A stretch of 64,000 nucleotides of DNA from Bacteroidota bacterium (GTDB taxonomy: Bacteria; Bacteroidota; Bacteroidia; Chitinophagales; Chitinophagaceae), in NCBI GenBank assembly GCA_023386045.1, contig JAEWKK010000008.1, positions 34,653-98,652 on the forward strand. The letters are read 5' to 3'. The notes below the pieces were generated by a model. That model was not told the origin of the DNA, searched no databases, and was given only the letters and a program-made list of their open reading frames with translations. Positions 17,184-27,013 of the stretch are shown piece by piece (the stretch's first letter is position 1; every line of letters starts with the position of its first letter). The position numbers and the translations under genes were made by a program.

Positions 17184-17340
17184 AGATCAGATGATTGATC
17201 AACTAAATCTTATTTCCTTTTTTACGAAAATAATTACGAAGTGTAAAGCAGTAATTATACTCTTGCGACTGCCTTTAAATTGAATTTACTTTGTTCTTGC
17301 TGGTTATGTTTTTAAAAGCTGATCAGAACAACCCTTACCA

Positions 17341-17478
17341 ATGAAAACACCTAAATGCATATTCTTCCTTAACGGCCGTTGCAAGGGGACAAAATCAATC
17401 CTTTTAATTACTGAACAATTACCCGGCCGCATGCTAAAGCATTTCCATCAGCAAATAAATCCTGTGCTGCATCACTGA
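17341..17478 (+). CDS. Candidate small basic protein (45 aa), unannotated by the ORF track
   Basis: ATG..TGA ORF translating to MKTPKCIFFLNGRCKGTKSILLITEQLPGRMLKHFHQQINPVLHH. A strong + strand terminator follows 35 nt downstream. I recognised no homology. Confidence 0.25.
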   Translation: MKTPKCIFFLNGRCKGTKSILLITEQLPGRMLKHFHQQINPVLHH

Positions 17479-17513
17479 AAATGATTTCGCATGTTGGTTA
17501 TAGTTCTGTCGGG

Positions 17514-17544
17514 GCGGCTCCTTTCAAGGAGCTGCCTTATTTGA
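17514..17544 (+). terminator. Intrinsic terminator (+ strand) inside the 590-bp gap
   Basis: GGCGGCTCC (17514-17522) pairs with GGAGCTGCC (17529-17537), giving 9 bp including one G-T, followed by TTATTTG. Confidence 0.6.
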
Positions 17545-17733
17545 ACTGCATAATAAAGGATAAAGGATAAACCGTCAAGCGATAAACGTGAGACGGCAAT
17601 TGAAAATGTTATCAGTTAGGAATTTTTCCTCTTACAGACCGGGTGTAATCAGGAGTTGACATTTGTCCAATAGCATTCCTTCAGTACAAGTGAGTGACAC
17701 AGCAGAAGCTGATAGTAGTAATGGTGTTTGAAA

Positions 17734-17774
17734 CCCATATGCTATCAAATATGAACCATGAACTATGAACTATT
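17734..17774. repeat. Heptanucleotide array, family A, abutting the stop codon of the minus-strand gene at 17775
   Basis: Sequence is cccatat gctatca aatatga accatga actatga actatt, followed immediately by the TAG stop (cta at 17775-17777). Confidence 0.85.
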
Positions 17775-18380
17775 CTACTTGATCTCTATCGCAAGCGATA
17801 CCGAAGTATTTTCCCAGGCAATTACCAGGTTGGCGCCTTTGTCGGCTTTGGTGAAGGTCATACTGAAAGGTTCAACGGGCGTGGAAAGTTTTGTAACAGG
17901 AACATCGGCCCGGACCACATCTTTTTTTGAATCATAAACAAAAGCTCCCCAGCAATCAGTGTCTTTATTAATGATGAGGGTCCATTGTGTTTCATTGGGA
18001 ATAGCATAAAGCGTATATCTTCCTTTAGCTATTTTTTTGCCGTTAACCACTGCTTCTTTAAAAAACTCGATCTCCGTTGCTTCATTGGCGCCAAGTCTCC
18101 AGACTTTTCCATATTCAATGAGTTCACCAAAGATGATACGTTCATCGCGTTGCGGACGGCTGTAGATCACCCTGGCAAGAGGCGGCTGACTGGTTTTATT
18201 CTGTGTTTTGATCATGGGATAGTCGGCAGGGAAGTAAGACATATCCATTGGTGATTTATCAAGTGCAGGAAGCTTGGTCACAGTTGTCGCGTTGCTTGCA
18301 CCGGAAGTTGAAGCATTGGTTTGTGCAAAAGCTATTACACTGAACGCAGTACTTAACAGGATCAAAACAGTCTTTTTCAT
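17775..18380 (-). CDS. DUF2911 family secreted protein
   Basis: Signal peptide MKKTVLILLSTAFSVIAFAQ. The YSRPQRDERIIFGELIEYGKVWRLGANEATEIEF and YTLYAIPNETQWTLIINKD segments are typical of DUF2911. The start was moved to the Met at 18380. Confidence 0.7.
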   Translation of the reverse strand: MKKTVLILLSTAFSVIAFAQTNASTSGASNATTVTKLPALDKSPMDMSYFPADYPMIKTQNKTSQPPLARVIYSRPQRDERIIFGELIEYGKVWRLGANEATEIEFFKEAVVNGKKIAKGRYTLYAIPNETQWTLIINKDTDCWGAFVYDSKKDVVRADVPVTKLSTPVEPFSMTFTKADKGANLVIAWENTSVSLAIEIK

Positions 18381-18436
18381 ACAATCGAATGGTTTGCAAA
18401 AATATCGGTTATTAAATTGCGGGATCTTACCGGTTA

Positions 18437-19024
18437 TCAAAGAAGACTTTCCAGCTTTCCTTTTGCGAATAGTTTAACATCTTTAAAGAAATCATGGAAG
18501 CATTCATCCAGATGAACGTAATGTTCAATGAACAAATTGTAAGCTGTGTCGGTTTCGGTCAAAAATGATGAACGTCTTACAAGACCTCCAAGGCTTTTGC
18601 GAATTCCATATTCATATTTATAATGGTAAAGCCAGTTCTCGGATTTCATATAGGTAAATGCATGCAGGAAACGGATAGGAAGCGCGGAAGCGTTGTTTTC
18701 AAGATGTTTATATGTTTCTTCTGTAAAGCGCATTAGGGTTTCATCGTTGAAAGATTCAGGATCATTGGCCAGGAAATGATCATAGAGGATGTCAATGATG
18801 GGTGAGCTGTATAAACGATAGTCTTTTTTAAAAACTTCCCTTGCTCTTTTTGTTGCCGGATGGTTGTCGGTGAATTCATCAATGCTCCGATGCAGCATAA
18901 TTCCTTTTTGGATATTACCGTTGAACCCAAACCGCGCCTTCCCTTTTACGAAATCAGACACCATGTTTCCTACCAGTATTTCCGGTTGATTATACGATAG
19001 GTACGCATGACCGAGGTAATTCAT
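18437..19024 (-). CDS. acpH: Acyl carrier protein phosphodiesterase
   Basis: MNYLGHAYLS...GNMVSDFVKG at the N-terminus and approx 195 aa overall are characteristic of AcpH. Confidence 0.75.
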   Translation of the reverse strand: MNYLGHAYLSYNQPEILVGNMVSDFVKGKARFGFNGNIQKGIMLHRSIDEFTDNHPATKRAREVFKKDYRLYSSPIIDILYDHFLANDPESFNDETLMRFTEETYKHLENNASALPIRFLHAFTYMKSENWLYHYKYEYGIRKSLGGLVRRSSFLTETDTAYNLFIEHYVHLDECFHDFFKDVKLFAKGKLESLL

Positions 19025-19193
19025 CCCGACAAAATTACAATTCGTCCGTGTTAACAGTTTTACAACCTATGTTAAGGCGTTTAACAGCACGATCCAATCG
19101 TCACAATTGCCTTGTTGCAGGCTGTAACCATTTCTACTTTTGAATCGTCAAACGATCAATAACAAAATTTAAAACCAAATAAACCATCTTATT

Positions 19194-19643
19194 ATGAAAC
19201 GTTTATTATTCACCATGGCGCTGGCACTGAGCTTTATCAGTTTTAGCAGCTTCGCAGCAGATGATGATACAGTTGTATCAGAAAATGTGATCAGATCTTT
19301 TAATTCTTCTTTTAAATCAGCAACTGAAGTTAACTGGACAGTTAGCGACAATTTCTATAAGGCCAGCTTTACTTTGAATGGCCAGTTTGTTGCCGCTTAT
19401 TATGATGCCAATGGCGATATGATCGCTATGACAAGGAATATCAGCTCAACACAATTGCCGATTGCTTTACAGGCAAGCCTGAAAAAAAGCTATGATGGCT
19501 ATTGGATCAGTGACCTGTTTGAATTGGCCAACGAAGAAGGAACCAATTATTATATCACGCTCGAGAATGCCGACAGCAAGCTGGTATTGAAGTCGACTTC
19601 CGACGCTGAATGGAGCAATTTCAGAAAGCAGCGTAAATCGTAG
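19194..19643 (+). CDS. Secreted PepSY-like / beta-lactamase-inhibitor-like small protein
   Basis: 149 aa with a signal peptide. The repeated beta-rich modules (VNWTVSDNFYKASF, YYDANGDMI, NYYITLE) resemble Bacteroidota PepSY-like proteins. Confidence 0.5.
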   Translation: MKRLLFTMALALSFISFSSFAADDDTVVSENVIRSFNSSFKSATEVNWTVSDNFYKASFTLNGQFVAAYYDANGDMIAMTRNISSTQLPIALQASLKKSYDGYWISDLFELANEEGTNYYITLENADSKLVLKSTSDAEWSNFRKQRKS

Positions 19644-19667
19644 TTAGTTTTAGTGTGTGTAAACTGT

Positions 19668-19708
19668 CCCGTTCTTTCGCTTCGGCGGAAGGCGGGATTT
19701 GTTTTTTT
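19668..19708 (+). terminator. Intrinsic terminator
   Basis: CCCGTTCTTTCGC pairs with GCGGAAGGCGGG around a TTCG loop (12 bp with one bulge and wobbles), followed by ATTTGTTTTTTT. Confidence 0.75.
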
Positions 19709-19742
19709 AAAGGACTATTTTTGCCCACTAATTTGAAAACTT

Positions 19743-20717
19743 ATGAATAAAGGTCCGGTTTCACAATTTATAGCACATCACTACAGGCATTTTAATTCGG
19801 CGGCGCTGGTAGATGCTGCCAAAGGCTATGAGCAGCACCTGCTTGAAGGCGGTAAAATGATGATCACCCTGGCAGGAGCCATGAGTACGGCAGAGTTGGG
19901 TATTTCACTGGCAGAAATGATCAGGCAGGACAAAGTGCATATCATCTCCTGTACCGGCGCCAACCTAGAAGAAGACATCATGAATCTTGTTGCGCATAAT
20001 CATTATGAAAGACTTCCCAACTGGCGCGACCTCACGCCGGAAATGGAATGGGATCTTTTGGAAAGAGGATTAAATCGTGTAACGGATACCTGCATACCTG
20101 AAGAAGAAGCTTTCAGGAGAATACAAAGACATATTCACCAGCTCTGGAAAGATGCCAATGATAAAGGTGAAAGATATTTTCCTCACGAATACATGTACAA
20201 ACTACTGAACAGTGGCGTGATGAAGGATGACTACCAGATCGATCCTAAAGACAGCTGGATGATAGCTGCGGCTGAAAAGAACCTTCCTATTGTAGTTGGA
20301 GGATGGGAGGACAGCACCATGGGAAACATCTTTGCTTCTTATGTTTATAAAGGTGAGATCAATGCAAGCACCATGAAAAGCGGAATTGAATATATGGTTT
20401 GGCTGGCTAATTATTATAAGGATAATTCCAATGGAAAAGGTATAGGATTCTTCCAGGTGGGCGGCGGCATTGCCGGTGATTTCCCCATCTGCGTGGTTCC
20501 CATGATGTACCAGGACCTTGAGATGCACGAAATTCCTTTCTGGAGCTATTTCTGCCAGATCAGTGATTCCACAACTTCCTATGGATCTTATTCAGGAGCG
20601 CATCCCAACGAAAAGATCACCTGGGGAAAGCTGGATATCAAAACTCCAAAATACATTATTGAAAGTGATGCTACCATTGTGGCGCCCCTGGTCTTTGCCT
20701 GGGTTTTAGGATGGTAA
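19743..20717 (+). CDS. Deoxyhypusine synthase family protein (bacterial DHS-like)
   Basis: 324 aa. The LAGAMSTAELG and ISCTGANLEEDI segments and the overall DS-fold layout support the call. Confidence 0.8.
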   Translation: MNKGPVSQFIAHHYRHFNSAALVDAAKGYEQHLLEGGKMMITLAGAMSTAELGISLAEMIRQDKVHIISCTGANLEEDIMNLVAHNHYERLPNWRDLTPEMEWDLLERGLNRVTDTCIPEEEAFRRIQRHIHQLWKDANDKGERYFPHEYMYKLLNSGVMKDDYQIDPKDSWMIAAAEKNLPIVVGGWEDSTMGNIFASYVYKGEINASTMKSGIEYMVWLANYYKDNSNGKGIGFFQVGGGIAGDFPICVVPMMYQDLEMHEIPFWSYFCQISDSTTSYGSYSGAHPNEKITWGKLDIKTPKYIIESDATIVAPLVFAWVLGW

Positions 20718-20727
20718 AAAAATGATC

Positions 20728-20753
20728 ACCCCGCAAACAGCGGGGTTTTTTTA
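20728..20753. terminator. Bidirectional intrinsic terminator shared by convergent genes
   Basis: ACCCCGC-aaaca-GCGGGGT is flanked by A-runs and T-runs on both sides. Confidence 0.85.
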
Positions 20754-21200
20754 TCCCAGTGCCGCCAGGTTTTCCTTTGCGATAGCTGCATCTTTTGCAT
20801 GATTATAACCTGAGATCAAAAGATATACAACAACTGCTTTTATTAGGATTCCCTTAAAAAGACTGCTACCGCCATAAGCAATCACATTAATAGTGATGAT
20901 ACCTGCAAATAGAATCATGGCAATAACAATAGCCAGCATTGGATTTTTCCTGGCAAGGAACCCCAGTCCCATAAATATCACAGGGAAAAAGATGATGTAA
21001 ATAAAAACCATTCCGGTGAACTCAGCACGTGATGAAAAGCTGCCAATCAGGTCGCCGATAAAAAAAATGGCAGCGATCATGAAAATTGCTTTCATGGTCC
21101 GGCCTCTTGAATAGGTTAGGTTATCCAGGTAAACTTCCTTATCATAACTATTGGCAAACAGGGAAGTTTCAGTTTCAGCAGTGTTGGTTTCTAAGTTCAT
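20751..21200 (-). CDS. Hypothetical 4-TM membrane protein
   Basis: 149 aa with an acidic N-terminus followed by 4 hydrophobic helices. I recognised no family. Confidence 0.55.
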   Translation of the reverse strand: MNLETNTAETETSLFANSYDKEVYLDNLTYSRGRTMKAIFMIAAIFFIGDLIGSFSSRAEFTGMVFIYIIFFPVIFMGLGFLARKNPMLAIVIAMILFAGIITINVIAYGGSSLFKGILIKAVVVYLLISGYNHAKDAAIAKENLAALG

Positions 21201-21249
21201 ATCTAAATTTTCTGGAAGATATCTTTTGTGCTTCAGATATGCAAATGCT

Positions 21250-21273
21250 TAAAAAAACCCGCTCTACGCGGGT
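21250..21273 (-). terminator. Intrinsic terminator of the M28 peptidase gene
   Basis: ACCCGC-tctac-GCGGGT. On the minus strand it is followed by TTTTTTT (rc of 21250-21256). Confidence 0.8.
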
Positions 21274-21286
21274 CTTTACATTTCAG

Positions 21287-22762
21287 TTACCTGGTCAAGG
21301 AAGCGGGATCCAATGGAATGTCTCTTTTCAGCATTTCATTGCGGTTGGCCATTTCCCATGCGGTATAAAATACCAGCTGTGCGCGCCTTGCCAGTAAATT
21401 ATAATTGATCTTGTCAGGTGTATCAGTAGGCTTGTGATAATCGCTTTTCAGCATGCCGTCATAATAAAAAATGATGGGCACACCTTTCTTCGCAAAATTA
21501 TAATGATCGCTTCTGAAATAGATCCTGTTGGGGTCTTTGGGATCATTGAACTTATAATCCAGTTGAAGGCGCGTGTATTTTTTGTTGATGGATTCACTGA
21601 TGGGTCGCAGATCACTGCTTAATTTATCATCACCTACCACATAAACATAGTTCAAAGTATCGCCCTTTCTTTCAGCATCGCTGCGGCCTATCATATCAAT
21701 ATTGAGATTGGCAGTGGTTTTCTCCAAAGGATAAACAGGATGTGAAGAATAATAATCAGATCCCCACAAACCTTTTTCCTCACCACTGACCGTCATAAAA
21801 ACTATTGTACGCCTTTGGGGTTTGCCGGCTGCTTTTGCTTTTGCAAATGCTTCTGCAATCTCAATGACACTAACCGTACCAGAACCATCATCATCTGCAC
21901 CATAATAGATCACGGAGTCACCGCGCTTGCCAAGGTGGTCATAATGCGCTGTAATGAAGAGGTACTGGTCTTTCAGATCGGTGCCTGGTAAAATTCCTAT
22001 GACATTGCTGCTTTCTGCTGTGAGCGTGGTCTTTTTTGTCTGCAGCAACACCTGCGCCTGGTAAACCTGAACACTATTGGCTTTTGTTTTTTCAGTTCCG
22101 ATAATTGATTCCAGCACCTGGTTGGAAACTGTGTATTGCTGTGGTGTGATGTTTCTTCTGAAAAGACTTACCATCTGGTTGCCCTTTCTAGAAGAACCAG
22201 GCCTGGGATAATTGGATTGCACAAACAGGATGGCTCCGGCTCCTTTATTCTGAAGCACTGAAAAAACCGGGCTGCCGCTATTCCTTCCCTGTGGGGCATT
22301 TCCGCTGAATAAAATAAGTTTACCTGTGAGATTCATATTCCTTACACTGTCTGCGGGTGTATTGGCCGGAATGTAAACTGCTTCACTAAATCGTAGTGTG
22401 GCATCCAGGTTGGATGCAATGGATGGATTGAAATCCCTGTCCAACTCAAAACTTTTTCCATTGACTTCAAGCGTTGCTGACAATAAGGAGTCCTGGTACA
22501 CAGGAAAATTGATCTGGTAGCTGCCATTGTTTCCCGGCTGCAGTCCAATGGATCTGAACTGCGCTTCAATATAGGCAGCTGCTTTTTTTTGTCCCGGCGT
22601 TGCTGTTTCTCTTCCTTCCATTTCAGCACTGGCAACTATATGCAGATGCCTGCTCAGGTCTGCAGGTGTGATAGTCTTTGCAAAAACACCAGGCTTTGTT
22701 TTCTTTTGCGCAAAAACATTCAGTGTACTTATTACAAGTACAAACAATAAGCATTTTTTCAT
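21287..22762 (-). CDS. M28 family metallopeptidase (aminopeptidase) with a PA domain
   Basis: HYDHLG, GADDDGSG, EEKGLWGS and DHYNF metal-ligand motifs plus a signal peptide MKKCLLFVLVISTLNVFAQ. The start was moved to the Met at 22762. Confidence 0.9.
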   Translation of the reverse strand: MKKCLLFVLVISTLNVFAQKKTKPGVFAKTITPADLSRHLHIVASAEMEGRETATPGQKKAAAYIEAQFRSIGLQPGNNGSYQINFPVYQDSLLSATLEVNGKSFELDRDFNPSIASNLDATLRFSEAVYIPANTPADSVRNMNLTGKLILFSGNAPQGRNSGSPVFSVLQNKGAGAILFVQSNYPRPGSSRKGNQMVSLFRRNITPQQYTVSNQVLESIIGTEKTKANSVQVYQAQVLLQTKKTTLTAESSNVIGILPGTDLKDQYLFITAHYDHLGKRGDSVIYYGADDDGSGTVSVIEIAEAFAKAKAAGKPQRRTIVFMTVSGEEKGLWGSDYYSSHPVYPLEKTTANLNIDMIGRSDAERKGDTLNYVYVVGDDKLSSDLRPISESINKKYTRLQLDYKFNDPKDPNRIYFRSDHYNFAKKGVPIIFYYDGMLKSDYHKPTDTPDKINYNLLARRAQLVFYTAWEMANRNEMLKRDIPLDPASLTR

Positions 22763-22772
22763 TGATGATTTT

Positions 22773-23228
22773 TTATACGCAGGCAATCTTACCTACTCGT
22801 TTTTCATGACGGCCACCTTCAAAAGCAGTATTTAAAAATACATTCACCATTTCTTCTGCCTCAGGTGTGGATACAAATCTTGCAGGTATGCAAATAATAT
22901 TCGCATTGTTATGTTGCCTTGCCAGTGCTGCTATCTGGGTTTGCCAGCAAATAGCAGCCCTGATGCCCTGGTGTTTGTTAGCAGTGATAGCTACTCCATT
23001 GGCGCTTCCGCAGATCAATACACCAACGCCAGAATCGCCCTTTTCTACGGCTGAAGCTACAGGGTGTGCGAAATCCGGATAGTCAACGGAATCCATACTA
23101 TAAGTGCCGTAATCTTTTACGGTAAAGCCTTTATTCTTCAATAAATCGATGATAACGGTTTTATATTCAAAGCCTGCATGGTCTGCACCAATGGCAATGG
23201 GTTTGGAAAGATCAAAACTTGAGTTCAT
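22773..23228 (-). CDS. rpiB: Ribose-5-phosphate isomerase B
   Basis: IAIGADHAGFEYK and GVLICGSANG are motifs of the RpiB/LacAB family. 151 aa. Confidence 0.9.
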   Translation of the reverse strand: MNSSFDLSKPIAIGADHAGFEYKTVIIDLLKNKGFTVKDYGTYSMDSVDYPDFAHPVASAVEKGDSGVGVLICGSANGVAITANKHQGIRAAICWQTQIAALARQHNNANIICIPARFVSTPEAEEMVNVFLNTAFEGGRHEKRVGKIACV

Positions 23229-23287
23229 GCTGCTGTTTTTACAAATTTAGCCTATTGAAAGAAGTTGTGGATGAATGAAGCTAAAGC

Positions 23288-24139
23288 TTAACTCCACTCT
23301 TTATCGGCAATGGCTCTTTTCCTGTCCACCTTTGCTGCCAGAAAAATGCTGATAACATATAAGAGTAAAAGTGGAATGGCAACGGCAAGCTGGCTCACCA
23401 CATCAGGACCTGGCGTAATCACACCAGCAACAATGAAAATGATGACTACGGCGTATTTAATCATTTTCCTAAGATATGCTGCAGTTACCAGGCCGATCTG
23501 TGCAAGGAAATAAATCACCAGAGGTAGCTGGAAAGCAAGGCCGCTACCCAGTACCAGTGGCAGCATCATGTCTATATAACTATTGATGGTCCAGATATTC
23601 TCTACCATTTCATCCAGCTGGAAATGAAAAAAGAAATTGATGGCGTAAGGAGCCACTACAAAATATCCAAAGAGTACACCGGTAAAAAAAAGAAAAGACA
23701 CCCAGAAGATGACACCCCTGGTTCTTCGCAGTTCTTTCTGTGAAAGTGCCGGCCTGATGAATTTCCAGAATTGATAAAATACATAGGGAAAGGCAAGGAT
23801 CAATCCACTCACAAGGATCACGGTAAACCACATGCTGAACTGTCCGGATACCTGGGTACTTTGGAGTTTCAGCGATATGCCTCCCATGCAAAGGGCTTCC
23901 CCGAGATTGAGCGATCGGCCCAGCCTGCAGATGACACCATAGGTAGGGAAGTCATTGTGTGTAGGACCAAGAAGAATACTCTTGATGATGAATTTATTGT
24001 AGATGCCGGCAACAATGGCACCGATGGCTATGGCCACCACACTGCGGAATAAATGAGCGCGAAGTACTTCGAGATGATCTATAAAGGACATCTCCGCTTT
24101 TTCGGCATTTTCTCTTTTCTTCAGGAAACTCAGGGCCAT
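23288..24139 (-). CDS. tatC: Twin-arginine translocase subunit TatC
   Basis: MSFIDHLEVLRAHLFRS at the N-terminus, 6 TM helices and approx 280 aa. Confidence 0.9.
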   Translation of the reverse strand: MALSFLKKRENAEKAEMSFIDHLEVLRAHLFRSVVAIAIGAIVAGIYNKFIIKSILLGPTHNDFPTYGVICRLGRSLNLGEALCMGGISLKLQSTQVSGQFSMWFTVILVSGLILAFPYVFYQFWKFIRPALSQKELRRTRGVIFWVSFLFFTGVLFGYFVVAPYAINFFFHFQLDEMVENIWTINSYIDMMLPLVLGSGLAFQLPLVIYFLAQIGLVTAAYLRKMIKYAVVIIFIVAGVITPGPDVVSQLAVAIPLLLLYVISIFLAAKVDRKRAIADKEWS

Positions 24140-24201
24140 GTTTTAAAACTGGGGCAAAGATAACCGCTGATCAAACCTCTTTCCCCGGAATCTCAGGCAG
24201 A

Positions 24202-25455
24202 TCATTTTAATAGTTTCATTTTAACCATTTCGATACGGGTATCGCTGACGCTGAGAATATCGAATTCAAAATCATCGATGATGATCCTTTCTTTTTGCTT
24301 GGGGATGGTTTCGTGCTGGCTGATGATATATCCTGAAAGTGTTTCAGAATCATTATCGGGGAATTCCAGCTCGTATTTCTTGCAGAGATAATCCAGTTCC
24401 AGCCTGCCCGAAAAAATATATTCATCTTCAGCCAGTCGTTTTTCAACAAACTCCTCGCTGTCGTATTCATCATGTATCTCACCAAAGATCTCTTCCAGCA
24501 CATCTTCCATAGTTACAATGCCCGCTGTTCCTCCAAATTCATCCACCACCCAGGCAATGCTTTTTCTTTCTTTGGAAAAACGGCTGATCAGGTCTGTGGC
24601 ACTCATGCTTTCCGGAACGGCAGGAATGGGTAAAAGAATGGATTGGATATTCTCAGGATTTTTGAACATATCCAGCTGGTGCACATAACCCAGGATGTGG
24701 TCAATATTATTTTCATAGACGATCAGCTTGCTAAGCTTGGTCTCAATAAATTTTTCACGCACCTGCTCAATGGAAGATTTTACTTCAACGCCTATGATCT
24801 CTTTTCTGGGAACCAGGCACTGGCGCACCTTGGTATGATGCAGGTTCAGGGCATTGTCAAACAGGTCCGTATCTATTTTTTGCTGTACAGCATCATCATC
24901 CGAGTATTGCTGGAATAGTGTATCCAGAATGCTGCCGCTGAAAACCTCCTTGGATTCCTGGAGCCTTACATTAAAAACATATTTAAGTGTCCAGTCCGAA
25001 AGACTGATGAACATGGTTCCTATTGGCTGAAGTATCTGGTAAAAAAGATTGATAACCCATACCAGTTTGGTCAGGATAAAATTGCTGTGTGCCCTGAAGA
25101 TGGCCCGCGGAATAAATTCGGCAAAGATCAGAACAACAAAGGTGGCGATGAGTATGTCCAGTAAAAGGCGGGCGATATCATTTTCAAGCCCGATCTTTTT
25201 CCAGAGCGGAACGGTTACTTCGCTGAAAAGAAGAATAAATGAAACCAGGAATAAGGTAAAGCCTACGAGGGTGGTGCTGATAAATAACTGGGGATTTTCA
25301 ATAAAGCGGGAAAGAATGATTCCGCTTTGCCTGCCCTGTTTCTTTTTTAATTCGATCCCGAAACGGTTGGCACTGTAAAAAGCCATTTCGATGCCTGCAA
25401 AAAAACCCATCATCAGGATCGTGACAAAAAACCAAACCAGTGTCGTTGCTATCAT
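24202..25455 (-). CDS. CNNM/hemolysin family protein (DUF21 + CBS pair + CorC_HlyC)
   Basis: An N-terminal 4-TM DUF21 domain, a CBS pair and a C-terminal transporter-associated domain. Confidence 0.85.
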   Translation of the reverse strand: MIATTLVWFFVTILMMGFFAGIEMAFYSANRFGIELKKKQGRQSGIILSRFIENPQLFISTTLVGFTLFLVSFILLFSEVTVPLWKKIGLENDIARLLLDILIATFVVLIFAEFIPRAIFRAHSNFILTKLVWVINLFYQILQPIGTMFISLSDWTLKYVFNVRLQESKEVFSGSILDTLFQQYSDDDAVQQKIDTDLFDNALNLHHTKVRQCLVPRKEIIGVEVKSSIEQVREKFIETKLSKLIVYENNIDHILGYVHQLDMFKNPENIQSILLPIPAVPESMSATDLISRFSKERKSIAWVVDEFGGTAGIVTMEDVLEEIFGEIHDEYDSEEFVEKRLAEDEYIFSGRLELDYLCKKYELEFPDNDSETLSGYIISQHETIPKQKERIIIDDFEFDILSVSDTRIEMVKMKLLK

Positions 25456-25482
25456 CCCGGTAAAGATATAAAAACTGAGAGC

Positions 25483-26067
25483 TTATCCTATGAAGGCCTC
25501 AACTACTTTTTCCGCCTGCTGACAGGCATTGGTAAGGTTATCGTTAAGGATGATATGATCAAAAGAATGCTTGAATGAAAGTTCATAAGCGGCTTTATTT
25601 ACCCTGGCATTCAGCGATTCTTCGCTTTCTGTTCCCCTGGACTGAAGCCTTCTTTTTAATTCATCAACGCTTGGGGGTTCAATAAAAATGGAAAGCGTTG
25701 TTTCCGGATATTGCTGTTGCACATGGATCGCACCTTTAACATCAATATCAAGCACAGGGATCCTGCCTTCATTCCAGATCCTGTTCAGTTCAGATTTAAG
25801 TGTACCATAATACTTTCCTTCATACACCATTTCCCACTCAACAAATTCCCCATGCTGGATCTTATTGGTAAAATCTTCGAGTGACATGAAATAATAATCT
25901 TTTCCAGATTTTTCATTTCCCCTTGCCGAACGTGTGGCAGCGGAAATGGAAAATTCAAGCATGTTGGAAAATCTTTCCAGCAAATGCCTGGTAATGCTGG
26001 TCTTGCCGGCACCAGACGGCGCCGTTATAATGATGATCTTTTGCTGGTTGTTGATGGTCATAAACAA
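25483..26067 (-). CDS. gmk: Guanylate kinase
   Basis: P-loop APSGAGKTS with the guanylate kinase fold (YYFMS, EWEMVYEGKYYGT). Confidence 0.9.
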   Translation of the reverse strand: MFMTINNQQKIIIITAPSGAGKTSITRHLLERFSNMLEFSISAATRSARGNEKSGKDYYFMSLEDFTNKIQHGEFVEWEMVYEGKYYGTLKSELNRIWNEGRIPVLDIDVKGAIHVQQQYPETTLSIFIEPPSVDELKRRLQSRGTESEESLNARVNKAAYELSFKHSFDHIILNDNLTNACQQAEKVVEAFIG

Positions 26068-26162
26068 GCGCTAAGTTACCGAACAGCCTAAGAAAAAGTG
26101 AAATAAAGAAATGGTGATCGTAAGAAATTGCTGTCCATCACCGAACTGATTAACTTTAGTGA

Positions 26163-27011
26163 GTGCAGCATGTAGAATTTTTTCATCCCGAGCATTTCGA
26201 GACCCGCTATCATCGCAGGAAAGCGAAAAAATCACTTGCACGGTTCATCGACTTCTTCTGGGAAACCAATTTCGATGAGCTTTATTCAAAATATCCTTCA
26301 GGTTTTTCAGACGCCCTCTTTCCCAATGTAGGTTATACTTATCTCATCAACCTCGGGACCAGTTTTGTGATGCAGCTGGAAAATGAAAGCTTTGAAATGA
26401 AGTCGGATGGATTCCTGCCCAGGCATAAAAACATGGTCTGCCATCATTCCGAAGGCAACAGGATCTTTGGCATCAAGTTCAGGGTATCACCTGTCATCTT
26501 CGAAAAGAAAGTCAACTTCTACGAGTATCGGGAATATATTTTTCCCCTGGCCTATCTCATCGATCGGAGGATCATAGAGGACGTCAAAAAAGCTGGTTCG
26601 TTTGAAAAAAGAGTGCAGCTTCTTTCTGAATATTATGACAGGCTGGTTGAAAAACATGCAGGTTCGCTAAAACAGGTAGATATTGTTACAAAGATTTTGC
26701 GTGAGTGTTCTGATAAGCATCAATATGATGTTTCTATTGAAGAACTATCAAAGCAAAACAATATCAGCTCAAGAACCCTTCAACGTTATTTTGAAGCTAC
26801 TACCAGCATCACCAGCAAGCAGGCCTTGCAGATCCTGCGCATAAGGACAGCCATTGAAAGACTCACTTCGGATCCAAAGCATTTTCACTTTCGCGATTTT
26901 GGTTATTACGATTACAGCCATTTCTACAAGCACCTCAAACAATTTCTCAACACAAACACTATTGAAATCATTCAACCCCACCTGAGGTTATTGGAAGCCG
27001 GAGTAAAATAA
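26163..27011 (+). CDS. AraC family transcriptional regulator
   Basis: The C-terminal double HTH reads IEELSKQNNISSRTLQRYFEATTSITSKQALQILRIRTAIERL. GTG start. Confidence 0.85.
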   Translation: MQHVEFFHPEHFETRYHRRKAKKSLARFIDFFWETNFDELYSKYPSGFSDALFPNVGYTYLINLGTSFVMQLENESFEMKSDGFLPRHKNMVCHHSEGNRIFGIKFRVSPVIFEKKVNFYEYREYIFPLAYLIDRRIIEDVKKAGSFEKRVQLLSEYYDRLVEKHAGSLKQVDIVTKILRECSDKHQYDVSIEELSKQNNISSRTLQRYFEATTSITSKQALQILRIRTAIERLTSDPKHFHFRDFGYYDYSHFYKHLKQFLNTNTIEIIQPHLRLLEAGVK

Positions 27012-27013
27012 AA

